From positions 32,001 through 96,000 of the IMG/VR virus record IMGVR_UViG_3300031521_000012: a stretch of 64,000 bases of DNA; one strand, given 5' to 3'. A program made the translations under genes and the position numbers. Position 1 is the first letter of the stretch, and each line of letters starts with the position of its first letter. Below are positions 22,810-35,276 of the stretch, piece by piece. A model generated the notes under the pieces. The model had not been told where the DNA came from. It saw nothing but the letters and a program-made list of their open reading frames with translations, and ran no database searches. Source of the stretch: a virus.

Positions 22810-24669
22810 TTAAACGTTGTTTTTGATTCGTGTACTTTTCTTAAATGTGAAATTGTCATCGAATGATTCACTATAAGCTGCATGATCGAACTCTACATCC
22901 CATCCTTGCTTACGATAAATATCTTCAAAATCCAATAGCTTCTTATCGTATAAATTTCTTTCAATCCCCTTTCTCATGTGTGGGTCAACAGTAGCCAAAT
23001 ATCTACTAACAACTTCTTTTAGTTTAAAATTAGCTGATGTGCCATTCCAACGTTCAACAATTAGTTCGTTGACTGCTTGAATAATTCCATCTGGAATTAG
23101 TTTGCTCTTTTCAGATGCAACATCATTAGGACTTATCGGCTGGATTTTCTCTGACATATGATTATTATTGTTTAATGATTACTCATTACTTCTATTATAC
23201 GTTTGAACCTATGAAAATGTTACAAAAATATGAAAATATTTTTAATTTTTATTCCACTTAAAGAAATCACCTAGAATTCCCATCATTGTTGATTGCATAT
23301 CAGGTGTGCTAAATTCCACACCAACACTTTTCTTATCGAGATCAACAACATATGAAATTAGTTCATCCCTTTCAGGTGTGCTGAATAACATGATGATAAT
23401 ATCTTGCTTTTCATCGCATTCCGATGTACGCATTTCACCGCTTGTAAGCTTTTTAGCTGTTTCGCTATTGGAATCAACCTTTGCGCCATATGCTTCGGTG
23501 ATTAACCCTGCTGCTAAACAATTGTTTTTAATGCAGTAATCTCTAATGGTTTCAGTTAAAGCTATTTTATTAGTCCTGTCACCCATAAAATCAGGTGGTA
23601 GCTGAACGATTATTGGTTTCTCACCAGTGTAAAAGAATACGACTGGTACTAGATAACCACAAGTCTTGAAGTTATCAATCATTGCATCTTTCATTGCTTC
23701 TTTGAAAATATTGACCTTGCTTTCCATGATTATACCACATTAAGTGTAACTGTTTTGGTAACTGTCATTGTTGCAATAGGCTGAATTTCATCGGGCTTAA
23801 TCATAGCAGTAAAACCACCTGATTGATAAAAATCAACTTCCTGACCATTAGCATCGTACTTGCCGTCCTTTAGCCTTTTACAAAAAACATGATGCCCACT
23901 AAAAGAATAGTCACCACTACCACCCCCATCATATTTAGTGTCTAACACGACAAATGCGCCTGCTTCAACTATGAATTCTTCAGTAGCACTAGGGCTTGCA
24001 ACCACACTATCAATAAAGTAATTAACAGTATCTAATGATACATCATACCCTAGATTAGACTTGAATGCTAAGACAATATCTGATGCTACATTCGTCTTTT
24101 CTTTAGTAATATCAATGCTTGTTTTGATTGTAATACCAACAACAATACCCGACTTAGCTAATTTAGTACTAAGTTTTCTATTATCATAGATAAACTTTGA
24201 TGGAAGTTCTGTGTAAACATCCATTCCATCTTGTAGTAAAATTACATCACCTACCTTTAATATTTTATGGCTCATGTTCTTTAGATTATGTTATATTCAT
24301 TATACGTATGAACCTATACAAAAGTTACAAAATTTAATAATTTAATATTATTTTTACATAATAATAATGAAAGTCACCCTTAATATCAAATATATCAGCT
24401 ACTTGTGATTCAATCTCAATTTTATCAATTGAATCTATTTCAGGCACAATAATAGGATTGCTTGAGTTAATAACATCTAATACCCTTCCGATAATAAAAA
24501 AGTTAGCATTGGTATTATATTGAATACATGAAAGGCTACTTAGTGAATCAACATTTAAGTACTTAGCAAAGACTGTATCAAAATCTTCATCGGGATGATA
24601 TGCTTTCCAGTTTTCATGCCACTTGTAAGAAACAAGTATTCCGTATATAAAATATTGGTCGTTTATCAT
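22810..24669 (-). CDS. four hypothetical ORFs (22810-23157, 23242-23727, 23730-24275, 24334-24669)
   Basis: ORF track; promoters at 23193 and 24298. Confidence 0.6.
23193..23225 (-). promoter_or_regulatory. phage ECF-like promoter (drives 22810-23157, the 314-aa gene and the ncRNA)
   Basis: TTGTAAC-N17-CGTATAATA. Confidence 0.8.
24298..24330 (-). promoter_or_regulatory. phage ECF-like promoter
   Basis: TTGTAAC-N17-CGTATAATG. Confidence 0.8.
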
Positions 24670-25568
24670 GGCTTGAATATTACTCCTATCATAAAATTAT
24701 CGATTATTGCAATATTCTTATCATTAGTAATAAATCCAATCTTGTTTAAATGATCGAATAATTCGTAATCCCAATCGCATTCAGTTAGCTGATCGAAAAA
24801 ATGTAGATATCCTCTGTTATTTTCATCAACGATTCCCCAATAGCTATCGTTTTTATTTTTATCGGTCATTATATTAAGGGTGAAGAACATATAACCACCA
24901 TGATTTAATGCACGATATGCTTGTTCAAAATATTCAAACCTATCTTTTTGAGAACAATGCTGCAATACATTAACACAATATACGACATCAAAATATCCTT
25001 CATCCAATAGATAATCAGGAATTCCACTTTTTTCAATTTCAATAAAATTTGAATACTCTTTCAAACATTCTGGTATAATATAATCAATTCCAACATAATC
25101 GTAAGTATCTTTTATTTCACAGAATAAATTTCCATATCCATATCCTATTTCTAATAGCTTTAATTTTTCATTAACAACCTTATTAGATGTTAAATTATCT
25201 AACAATGATATAAGACCCAAATCTTTAGCCATTTTTAATGTGGATTCATTAACTTCTCTTATATTTTTGCAATAATTACCCGATACACTTAACAATGGGA
25301 AATGTTTTCTGCATTCTACCCAAAAATCTTTATTGTTAATATTATTAGGGTGAAATCTTTCAACAGCTTCTTTTTTAACAATTGATTGGTGATTACCATT
25401 ATTAAATAATTTATCACTAATTACTAGGTTTTCCTCATGAAATGTAGTAACTCTTATTGTTGGTTTCAATGAAATGCCCGCCACCTTTTTTCTAAGATAA
25501 TATTCGTTTCGTCTTAACGTAGCGAACCTAATGGCTTTAATTACATCAGTATATGTTTTCATAATCAC
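24666..25568 (-). CDS. class I SAM-dependent methyltransferase
   Basis: LLEIGYGYG, YVGID, FDVVYCVNVLQH, LNHGG. Confidence 0.85.
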   Translation of the reverse strand: MIMKTYTDVIKAIRFATLRRNEYYLRKKVAGISLKPTIRVTTFHEENLVISDKLFNNGNHQSIVKKEAVERFHPNNINNKDFWVECRKHFPLLSVSGNYCKNIREVNESTLKMAKDLGLISLLDNLTSNKVVNEKLKLLEIGYGYGNLFCEIKDTYDYVGIDYIIPECLKEYSNFIEIEKSGIPDYLLDEGYFDVVYCVNVLQHCSQKDRFEYFEQAYRALNHGGYMFFTLNIMTDKNKNDSYWGIVDENNRGYLHFFDQLTECDWDYELFDHLNKIGFITNDKNIAIIDNFMIGVIFKP

Positions 25569-25866
25569 TTTATTTTGAATCCATTATGATATTAATTAAG
25601 GCATTGGCTATTGCTTCAATATTATCTTCCTTAAATTTTTCACCCTCTGGTGATATATTCCAAAACATAAATCCTTCTTGCTTTTCAATAACCTCCATTT
25701 TTTCAATTTCAGCTAATGCAGTATCAATATCATCTTTATATGAAACAATAATTGTTGCACCTATCTGAATCACGCCATATTCATCCTTAAATAAATACCC
25801 TAATAATTCCATAGGTAGGTTAGCATAGAATTTAGCCTTATAGTAAATTTCTTTTGCAGTCATAGC

Positions 25867-26307
25867 TTAATAAATTAGTTTATATGCAATATACATTAAT
25901 ACCAAATGTAATGTGTTATCAGTTAAAGCGTATGTATACGCTTTAAATCCGCCCTCTAGTGCATCATTCAAATTAATTTCGGGTTTATCATCAGGCATAA
26001 AATTTAGCTTATTGTTTTTATACCAATCATTTTTAGTTAAGAAATCTTTTAATCCACTGCCTTTGATATGGTGCATATAAGTCTCACCAAGTGAGTACTT
26101 ATCGATAAAAAAGTGTGACAAAAATACGACAATTATCCATATAAAATCAAAGTTTCCCATGAATAAGCATACTGCAAATGTATATAACATACAATGAATA
26201 ATGCATGCAATATATCCCTCAAGACTATTCTTGGTCTTATTGTGTGCCATGTAGTCTGTTTGGAAGAGGTAATCACCCACCAAATGCCCTAAAAATAACT
26301 CAAACAT
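25867..26307 (-). CDS. DUF3307-like membrane protein
   Basis: GHLVGDYLFQT, HCMLY, SHFFID, DNTLH. Confidence 0.75.
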   Translation of the reverse strand: MFELFLGHLVGDYLFQTDYMAHNKTKNSLEGYIACIIHCMLYTFAVCLFMGNFDFIWIIVVFLSHFFIDKYSLGETYMHHIKGSGLKDFLTKNDWYKNNKLNFMPDDKPEINLNDALEGGFKAYTYALTDNTLHLVLMYIAYKLIY

Positions 26308-26721
26308 AATGATTGTTTTTAAATATGTTTACAAATCGATTTTAATTCTTCCCATGTAGGTTTTGTGCCTTTAGGTACGAAAAATTCAGTATATTCTTCG
26401 TCATATTCATCAGTTAAATAAGGCTTGCCATCTACTAGTTTAAGATACATGCCATCAAATGGTGCACCATCAGTAATAAAATGACCAATGCTTGAAGAAC
26501 AAGAAAGAAATGGATTAAACTCAGCAAGTTCTTTTATCCAGAATTCAGTCATATCAAACCAATCCCTAACAAAATTTCCAGAATAAAATGTTTTTGATTC
26601 TTGTCTTTCAGAAGTGCCTTTTATGAAGAAAAGTGAAATTTCTACACCTTTATAGTTCAAATCTTTTTTTCTGCTGAATTCTTCGTAGTTAATTCTAACG
26701 ACTGCCATAATAGTTTTTTAT

Positions 26722-26754
26722 TATTATACGTATAACAACAACTATTTGTTACAA
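26722..26754 (-). promoter_or_regulatory. phage ECF-like promoter overlapping the 3' end of 26742-27032
   Basis: TTGTAAC-N17-CGTATAATA. Confidence 0.75.
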
Positions 26755-27882
26755 ATTTCTGGTAATAATTTTTCCAATGAATCTTCATAAGAAAATACAA
26801 TATTCATTCTTTCGACTTCATTTGATTTAATTGCTGCATCAAAGTTAGCTTGCGTTGTTCTACCAAATTCTTCACTCTTGCCGAAGAAATATATTGTATT
26901 GGTTTTTCTATCAACATAGAACCTACCACCACCACTGACATTATTTTCTTTTCTTGGGTCAATCAGTTTATAATGATAATCAACATTGCCCATGAGTAAT
27001 ACGCCATGATTTATTAAAAATTTAGCTGCCATTATGTTATTTTTTTAAATTATTATAAATTTCAATTTCATTATCAAGCATTACCATTCTTAGTTCAGCA
27101 GTATCAACACCAAAAAAATAATCAGGATTTATTGTCTTACCTTCTTCTTGATCACCAAGCATAATAACAATGCCCTTTTTAGTCGATTTCACAATTTCCC
27201 TTATGAAAGCAAAATTATCATCAAATGAATATGACCTAACAGAAATTCCCATTATGTTTTTCGGTTTATTGATCTCAACAATGGGTAATTCATTTAAAAA
27301 CATATCTGTTTTTTGATCAATAGGCAGCATTATATTATATTTAGGGTTAATTGTATCTGTATCAATATCATACGTAAATGTTGGGTGAAATATGAAACGA
27401 ATCTTAGTAATAGGAATATTATTATCTAACAATAAATTTCTGTTTTTAAGTATCAACTCTTTTTGATATGGTGTTAATTCTTTATCACCTATTTGGTGCT
27501 CTCTATACACATGCATAACTTCTTGTTGCTGTTTATACATGGCTTCTATTTCAGTAGCGTTTATGTTTATTTTTTTCGAGAAAATTTTAGCCCATATAAA
27601 TTCAACGAATTTATTAACAGACCTGTAAAGTGCTAAGCAAATTACAATAATAACGAGTAATATGATCATTGAATCCATGATGATTAGTTTTTAATTAATA
27701 ATACTTTTTAACTCTGGTTTTCTTACTGAAGCGTCTTTTTCTTGTAATTACTTTACGAATATCGAAACAAATATCCAATATTATGATAAATAAAACAATC
27801 ATAACCATTATGAATATAACCAATGTCATTGATTTATATATTATTGATAACATTAATACTGTTTCCATTATGCTTTTTTCTT

Positions 27883-27915
27883 ATTAATACGTATGAGAAG
27901 CCCAAAAGGTTACAA
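27883..27915 (-). promoter_or_regulatory. phage ECF-like promoter
   Basis: TTGTAAC-N17-CGTATTAAT. Confidence 0.75.
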
Positions 27916-28200
27916 ATTATTTTTTTAAATAAACAATAAAATTTATTCCACCAGATGTTATTGAATAAATTCCCATTAATTGCGTACAGAATTCTTCTTC
28001 AATTCGATGGCATACTTCACCAAATTCTCTATCTTGATCGATGCTACTATTAAGATGCATGCTGATAGCATCACGCATGCATTTTACAGACCAAAAATCA
28101 TTATGTTCATACGCCATTTCAGACCAACCATCAGGAATTAAACCTCTTAGAATTTTTATGTTTCTAAATTCACCTAGCAGTGTAGAATCAATACTTTTCA

Positions 28201-28758
28201 TTATATTAAAGTTTTATATTCTTCCGCTAATGCGCAATACATAACATTTGTGGTATCATCAATATCAATGGTACTACGGTATGCTGACATATCATATGGT
28301 ATACCACTTAAGGCATATGCATCATCAATATCAAAAAATTTCACGTTTTTATTCTTATTGAAGATTTCAACCAGTTCACAAAACCCAATTCTCAATAGCA
28401 TTTCTTCTCTTGAAATTTCATTTACATTATGAATAGGCATTGCAGGTACTGGCGACCAGTGAGTTACTTTCACCCAATTTCGTTTACTATCTTGAAAAGA
28501 TTTACAGCCCATGTTCCAATAACAGAACTCAATGGATTTGTATATCTGACTTTCACCATTTCTACGACCACCCAATGTATTTTTAAAATCTTCCTTAGTT
28601 AATTTTCTTTCAACAACACATAGATAACTTCCGCAATAATCGCCTTTGCTTCCAGAACCATCAAAAGGAAGATAATCCTTCATTGAAATCCATTTTTGTT
28701 TTGATTCAACGTTTAGTACTCTTACATTCATTGAATCATCATATACTTCTTCTTTCAT
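28201..28758 (-). CDS. DUF551-like domain protein
   Basis: WISMKDYLP...VTHWSPVP. Confidence 0.65.
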   Translation of the reverse strand: MKEEVYDDSMNVRVLNVESKQKWISMKDYLPFDGSGSKGDYCGSYLCVVERKLTKEDFKNTLGGRRNGESQIYKSIEFCYWNMGCKSFQDSKRNWVKVTHWSPVPAMPIHNVNEISREEMLLRIGFCELVEIFNKNKNVKFFDIDDAYALSGIPYDMSAYRSTIDIDDTTNVMYCALAEEYKTLI

Positions 28759-29532
28759 GTTAGATTATTCTGTTTAATAATTGTAAATTACCACTATTAA
28801 GGCTATTAATTCTTTCAAACCTACTAAGATACATATCAAGTTCTTCAATAAAACCTTGTGGTTCACATGATAAAGCTTTAGGCAAATTATCTACTTCATC
28901 TTCACCCCCACATTCAAACTTTAATAGTTTTTCTTCAATAGACATTGTTAAGTCATGGTGTTCATCAAGCAATTTCTTTAACTTAAATAATCTATTTAAA
29001 AGTGCTGGTGTTGGGTCAGGGACTACAATGCATTCAATCTGAGGTAATCTCCATGCTTCATTTTTTGATTGTTCATAATCGAGCCAATCAGTTTCATCTA
29101 TACAATAATTAGATTTAAATTCTAATATTTTTTTTTCAAGATTTATACTATCACCAATACTTTCCAAGCGTGATATTTCAACAAGTCTTTCCGTTTCACG
29201 TTTATCAAAAACTCTTGATAAATCGCTTAATGAATCTTTTGATAATGTTTGGATTAATAAGTCTGCTCTTTTGTTCATATGTATTATTATTTAATATTAT
29301 TATTTTTTATTTCTAAATATTGGTCTGTTTGAATATGAATTAATTGAATCAAAGTCATCATCATATAATTTCTGTCTTTTTTCCATTTTATCACAAGCAC
29401 TTTTAAAACTATTACTTGCTTCAACATCAGCATTCTCTTTTAGAAAAATATAACTGCTTTCGATTTGAGCTAATCTGCTGCTACGTGATAAAAGTATTTC
29501 ATAATATTCGTTTGAGATATTCATATACACTA

Positions 29533-30024
29533 TTATTTATTTCTTATTTTATCACGAACTTCCATCAATGCTTTACCCAACAGGTTTAGACCTTTCCAGT
29601 TAGCTTCATCTAAACACTTTTCATTGGTATAGTGCAATCCAATTCCCCATATAACATCATAAGGAGAAGCTTCAACCAAAACTTTATTTTCTGATTCTAA
29701 TAAAACTCTCTTTAACATATGATTTTGATTGAACTTTTCGAATACTATACTAACCATAATATCATATGAAACTTCTGACCAAGCATCAGCATCAAAGTTC
29801 TTAACTAATCTACCTAATGCTTTAGCTTCTGACGGTTCTGGAGTTCTTACAATTCTTTCAGCCATTTCCATATCGTGAAAGTAAATTGCTTTTTCCCACA
29901 TGAAGCATTGTTCTGAATTATAAAAGGTAATACCTTTATATCTGAATCTACACATGCTTGAATACCAATTGGAAAATTCACCATTCCAAAAGAATATATG
30001 TGTCGGAGTTTCTAATTCGTGCAT
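29533..30024 (-). CDS. NADAR (YbiA-like) family hydrolase
   Basis: FSNWY, SEQCFMWEKA, AKALGR, KFNQN, LVEASPYDVIWGIG, GLNLLGKALMEVR. Confidence 0.9.
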   Translation of the reverse strand: MHELETPTHIFFWNGEFSNWYSSMCRFRYKGITFYNSEQCFMWEKAIYFHDMEMAERIVRTPEPSEAKALGRLVKNFDADAWSEVSYDIMVSIVFEKFNQNHMLKRVLLESENKVLVEASPYDVIWGIGLHYTNEKCLDEANWKGLNLLGKALMEVRDKIRNK

Positions 30025-30025
30025 G

Positions 30026-31531
30026 TTAATCTAATTTAGTTGTTAATACAGTACATGATTTTTCTGGTCGTGAGAATGCAACATACCTTAGTTTATTGCG
30101 TTCAACTATATTTTGATTATCATTCATATCATTTTCCATGCACATAACGTGTTGGTAAGTAGAGCCTTGTGATTTATGAACGGTTAGAAAATATCCATAG
30201 TCAATATCTTTAACAATAACATCACCTGAGCTACGATATAATCCACTATGATATTTATTAATATTAACCATTAATAGATTACATCGTCTAAATTCATAAT
30301 ATTTTTTCCATTTTCGTTTATCATCCTTACCCATGTCACGAAAGAAGTCATGCATTTGAGCATACAGATGTAGGTTTTCGTGATCGTTACTATCAATTAT
30401 GAAAACATCATCAAATTTAAACTTACCATGTGCAAGCTCTTCTCTTAACTTAACATGATAGCCATTAATACCATAGGAATTTTCTTCGAGTTTAGATTTA
30501 TCAACAACCCTATAATCAGCAGAATTTTCAATAATATTATAAATTTGCCTTTCATTGGTTACTGTTCGATATCCCATTAAGACATCATTAAGCTCAATTA
30601 TATCCGTAGTATGTTCGAAAAGTTCATCACGAATAACTTTATTGGCTGACATAACTGTATCGTTTTTCCATGCCAACCCTCTTACGAAATCAGTATCTTT
30701 TTTAAATTCATCAGTGGAGAATTTTTCCAATATTAACTTACGAAATTCTCGTTTATCAATAGTAAATTGAATGCCCTCACCTAAATCATTTATATTTGTT
30801 ATTCGATTATATCCACCATCATATGAATTTAAATTGTTTCTAAGCGCATCATAAATTGGCATTAATGGATTACTGTTACACTGTCTTTCAACTTTGGTTA
30901 AGTAATGAACGATAATATCCTTGTCAGTGAAAACACAACTCATAACTTCCTGAACTGGAGGAAGTTGTGCCGAATCACCAACAAATAATATCTTTGTTTT
31001 ACTACCGCTAATAATTTCTTTTAGCAACTCATATAGCTTACGAGGAAGCATCGATGCTTCATCAATAATTACTAGATTATAATCTGTAATTTTTTGTGGC
31101 GCAATTGGCTGAAACTCAGGAGAATTCGGATTAAAATTTTCAATAGAGCAATCAGGGCGAAGTCCAAGTAATGAATGCATAGTTTTCCCTTCTCTTCCAG
31201 TTACATTCGAAACTATTTTTTTTGCCTTATGCGTTGGTGCTGAGACGATTACACCACGATGATAGTTATCTAATATTTTTTTTACGATAGTTGACTTCCC
31301 GGTTCCTGCGTACCCTGCAATTGTAAAAAAGTTTTTATCACTATTAAGCCATTGTTTAGTTTTATTAACACCTGTAAACTGATCATCGTTTAATGTAATT
31401 AATTTACCTGTTGGTAATAATAATTGACTATCAGCCACAGGTGTTGTTGCAACATATTTCTCTTTAAAAACATTATCTAAATCGAAATTATCAAAGATGT
31501 TGTCAAAATCATTCGGCATATTTTTTTCCAT
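30026..31531 (-). CDS. dda: Dda/RecD-like SF1B DNA helicase
   Basis: GYAGTGKS, APTHKA, IIDEASM, GDSAQLPPV, TVHKSQGST, YVAFSR. Confidence 0.9.
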   Translation of the reverse strand: MEKNMPNDFDNIFDNFDLDNVFKEKYVATTPVADSQLLLPTGKLITLNDDQFTGVNKTKQWLNSDKNFFTIAGYAGTGKSTIVKKILDNYHRGVIVSAPTHKAKKIVSNVTGREGKTMHSLLGLRPDCSIENFNPNSPEFQPIAPQKITDYNLVIIDEASMLPRKLYELLKEIISGSKTKILFVGDSAQLPPVQEVMSCVFTDKDIIVHYLTKVERQCNSNPLMPIYDALRNNLNSYDGGYNRITNINDLGEGIQFTIDKREFRKLILEKFSTDEFKKDTDFVRGLAWKNDTVMSANKVIRDELFEHTTDIIELNDVLMGYRTVTNERQIYNIIENSADYRVVDKSKLEENSYGINGYHVKLREELAHGKFKFDDVFIIDSNDHENLHLYAQMHDFFRDMGKDDKRKWKKYYEFRRCNLLMVNINKYHSGLYRSSGDVIVKDIDYGYFLTVHKSQGSTYQHVMCMENDMNDNQNIVERNKLRYVAFSRPEKSCTVLTTKLD

Positions 31532-31817
31532 TATTTTTTATTTTCTACGAATTTCCCAATATTTTGATTTTCCAGCACCATGAAATTCATAAATATAATC
31601 ATCACCGCATGCTTTAAATTCATAAACCTTCCTGTAATCAAAATTATTTTCATTTTTCTTTAGCCAATTCCAAACTTCATAACAATGAAATTCTTGATAT
31701 AGCTGTTCGCTATACGTTGGTTGTGGCTTTTGATTGATGATTGTTAGAGTAATACCACCAAAAAATATTACAATAACCAATATTAACATCGTTAATAAAC
31801 ATCCTGCTTCTGATTTA

Positions 31818-32417
31818 TCACTCATAGTTTATACTAGCTGAATAGAAATTCATTGCTCTCATGATTGTTTCATTATGATTGAAAGCCCATTCATAATTCT
31901 TTTGCTTTGTTATGAAATCAAAATAGTCAACCCACTTTACCTGTGCTGTTTCATGACATACGAACTTCTCAATATCCAACGGAAACAATTGCATATCATT
32001 GCCAATATTATAAACAGATACATATAGCAATGATACGTTTTGATGCTTATCGGTGTTAGGATTATCTCTTACTTCAAACGGATGCTTGTCGTTATTAAAG
32101 ACCCGATACTTTTCAAAGTCCCATAAATTTAACGATGTTTCTTCATGGACTTCACGGCACATTCCATCATAACCAGTCTCGTTCCAGTCCAAAAAACCAC
32201 ATGGAACTCCCCATTTTGATGCTTCATCACGCATTTTATTCGACCTTTGTGTTAAAAGCACATATGTATGACCAAGAAGATCAATGAAGAATACTACACC
32301 AACAACAGCAGGTGCTCTTGAAATCCAAAAATCTAGATTTGTTGCAATACCGTTATTGCATTGATAATAAACTTTAATGCGTTCGTTTGGAACATTATTA
32401 AACTTTGGCTCGCTCAT
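31818..32417 (-). CDS. Nudix hydrolase
   Basis: Nudix box GFLDWNETGYDGMCREVHEETSL. Confidence 0.85.
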   Translation of the reverse strand: MSEPKFNNVPNERIKVYYQCNNGIATNLDFWISRAPAVVGVVFFIDLLGHTYVLLTQRSNKMRDEASKWGVPCGFLDWNETGYDGMCREVHEETSLNLWDFEKYRVFNNDKHPFEVRDNPNTDKHQNVSLLYVSVYNIGNDMQLFPLDIEKFVCHETAQVKWVDYFDFITKQKNYEWAFNHNETIMRAMNFYSASINYE

Positions 32418-32626
32418 TTTCTCTTATGGTATAAAGGTTTTCACTTAGAAACATTGCAATATCAAACAAATCTTCCTTGTTTAATGTTTTAAAAATTTCA
32501 TTTGATTTATCAAAAGTTACTAAGGCTTGTGCTAAACGAGTCATTGCACTCAATAGCTCAACAGGATTATTATCTTTTACATCATCAATAAACTGTAGTG
32601 GATAGCTTTCCATAGCTTTAAGATTT

Positions 32627-33211
32627 TCAGACCTTAACACTACTTTTAGTAATCGAGTTTCCATTTTTTCTTTCTTTAATAATTTTTTCTTTTAAGGTAA
32701 AAATCCTCATAGTACCTAAGCGAGCTATTCTAAACTGTTCAGCTTCAGTTAGTTTTCTAGCACCTTTGATTTTCTTTGGTGTACGTTTGATATGTGCCCT
32801 AACCATTTCAATCTTTTTGTAGTTTAAATATCTTTCACATACTATAATTCCTGCATGTTCAGGTATTAAATCAATGCACTTGTCAATTAAATCAATTGGC
32901 ATTGCGTAATAAAATTCGGATATTCTATGCTGTACATCAATATGCTGATGATTTTTTTTAAGGTCAGCCATGAAATCAGACTTACTGATTTTAATTTCAA
33001 TCTCAACAGCCAATCCACTTTTTTTAATTAAAAACATATCACATTCATGCATTCCTATAAGTCCCCATGATATATTAGGCACAATTATATTCTTTCTCAC
33101 ATCAAAGAGTTTAGCAATAGCTACCTCAATTTCAATAGTTTTTATTGGTGCGTTAATAGTTGAGGTTATTACAGCTTTCTTTGATTTTACCCTTTTGGGT
33201 TGTAACATCAT
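32627..33211 (-). CDS. PD-(D/E)XK (MmcB-like) nuclease-fold protein
   Basis: ECDMF...EIEIKISKSDFMAD...FYYAMP...PEHAGII. Confidence 0.7.
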   Translation of the reverse strand: MMLQPKRVKSKKAVITSTINAPIKTIEIEVAIAKLFDVRKNIIVPNISWGLIGMHECDMFLIKKSGLAVEIEIKISKSDFMADLKKNHQHIDVQHRISEFYYAMPIDLIDKCIDLIPEHAGIIVCERYLNYKKIEMVRAHIKRTPKKIKGARKLTEAEQFRIARLGTMRIFTLKEKIIKERKNGNSITKSSVKV

Positions 33212-33458
33212 AATAAATTTGTGCTTCCTTTAGTGTTATTTTTGTACTAGCTTTAATAGCTGCGACCTTTTTATCGAAATTAACCTCTTCCTTATTATGG
33301 AAATGAAAGCTATTTTCGCCAGTATAATCAGGGTGTTCATCAACATTTACTTCAACATTATAACCGTTATCCTTTAACAGTTTTTCGAGTTGCAACATCA
33401 TTGTTGACTTACCTGTGTTGGCTCTACCTGCGACAATAATTGAGATTTCTTTATTCAT
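33153..33458 (-). CDS. small P-loop protein
   Basis: Walker A GRANTGKST at the N-terminus; 101 aa. Confidence 0.6.
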   Translation of the reverse strand: MNKEISIIVAGRANTGKSTMMLQLEKLLKDNGYNVEVNVDEHPDYTGENSFHFHNKEEVNFDKKVAAIKASTKITLKEAQIYYDVTTQKGKIKESCNNLNY

Positions 33459-34102
33459 GATACAATTGATTTTATAATGATTATTTTAAAGTTTTTGCAA
33501 ATTATTTAGTTGATCAATTCCTAGCGTTCTATTATAAACAGTTAAGTAATATTTTCTTAATGTAGCTAATTTAGGTGGTTTAGCATAATATTTTTTATTC
33601 TTTTTATATAATTCATTTATAGTTTCAGCATAGCATAAGTCAAAAACTTCAATGGTTTTAAGTTTCCAATCGTATTGTTTCTGTTCACCATCATTAATTA
33701 TTTCCATTAAATACCTTAATGCAACTCTTGTTATATCATCAGTTAATGCACGTTTTATTTTAAATTTTTCCCATTCATTACCACATGCATTACAATGGTT
33801 TACTTCTGTAGTTTCAATTGAAAACGAACTGTCGATATCACCCATTCCAAACCAAAACGACCCTGATGTATTTCCTTTAGATTGAACATTACATATTTTA
33901 TTTACGATTTGATCTTTTTTAGCTCGGCAATTAGGACAATTGTGGTTGTGAAATTCTTCTGATTTCAATTCATCCTGATATTCAGCATCCGCAATTTTCC
34001 TACATCTATTTTCAACCATATCAAATTGAATTGATATGTAGCTTTTCTGTAGTCTATTGGGAAAATTAAAATACTTTCGTAAACATGTTATTACATCCAT
34101 TG

Positions 34103-34648
34103 TTATGCCAATTTTTTATCTTTCAATAATTCACGGAGAAATGCGTTCTTAACTCCACCGATTAATCGAATCCATTGTTTATAGCATTCGCTATATTCGG
34201 TTTTTAATGATTCCAAATCTTTTATTCTAATTAGAACAGCATCCGATCCTTGAAATTCATAATTTTCAATAATATGATCTTTAAAATCAGGATAATCCTT
34301 TTTATTAAATACTCTTTCATCAACAAGGAAGCACAAAGAAGTTAAAGAATTATTCAAATCTGGCTCACGAAAATATGTGAAATTAATTCCGTTAGCATTC
34401 AGCGAATCACCTATTTGATTCAAGCTACCTAATGGATTTCCTTCAATATCAAGTTCGTCATTTGTTGTTCCACCGTTAAGAATTATCCAAGTTTTCCAGT
34501 TCAATATAAAATCTTTATATTCATCAGTATTGCCATAGGCTAAAGCATAATCTAATGCTGCATGACCTGATTGAATTCCTTTATGCACTCCGCCAAGTTG
34601 GTAGATAACAAAGAAATACATTCTAAGTTCCAATAATTTATCTTCCAT
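34103..34648 (-). CDS. Pth2-like peptidyl-tRNA hydrolase
   Basis: MYFFV..L.G..KGIQSGHA, TWIILNGG, FREPDL...TSLCF. Confidence 0.65.
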   Translation of the reverse strand: MEDKLLELRMYFFVIYQLGGVHKGIQSGHAALDYALAYGNTDEYKDFILNWKTWIILNGGTTNDELDIEGNPLGSLNQIGDSLNANGINFTYFREPDLNNSLTSLCFLVDERVFNKKDYPDFKDHIIENYEFQGSDAVLIRIKDLESLKTEYSECYKQWIRLIGGVKNAFLRELLKDKKLA

Positions 34649-34811
34649 GTTTATTGCTTTTATGTTTTAATACGTGAACGATGAATAGCAATAGAATACA
34701 TACTATTGAGAAAGTAATTACTCCTAAGAATTCTCCTATAGCTTCCATCGTTCAAATTTACTTATTATAATTCGTTAATCCTATGATTTCTCAATTTAAT
34801 TAATGGTTATT

Positions 34812-34844
34812 TATTATACGTTAATGAACATAGTTTTGTTACAA
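34812..34844 (-). promoter_or_regulatory. phage ECF-like promoter; its TTGTAA doubles as the Leu-stop of 34839-35273
   Basis: TTGTAAC-N17-CGTATAATA. Confidence 0.75.
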
Positions 34845-35276
34845 TAAATTAAATTTTTTCTTGAAAAAACTTATATAATACAGATAATGACCACTTTGGT
34901 CTCTTTCCATATAAGTAACGTCATAACCGATTCTAATTAAAAACCGTATGATCTCGCTATCAAGGTCTTTAGGAAATGGAATATATATTGATCTGCGCAA
35001 AGGGTTTCTCGTTCTGAATGACTTAATTGCATTTAAGATTCTTCTGATCTGATCGTGTCTTTGCTTTCTCATTGCAGTTTTAAATACCTTATCTTGAAAG
35101 TCCAAAAAATTTACATGCTCAAATTTTTTTCTTTCAAATAATTCAGGAGTCAGTTGTTCTAATAACGAAATCCTGAATTCTTGTGTTGCAGGTGTAAAAA
35201 CGGTATAACCATCATTAGGATTTCCTTTAACGATTATACCGTTTTTAATATATTTTAATAATTCTTTATTCATGGG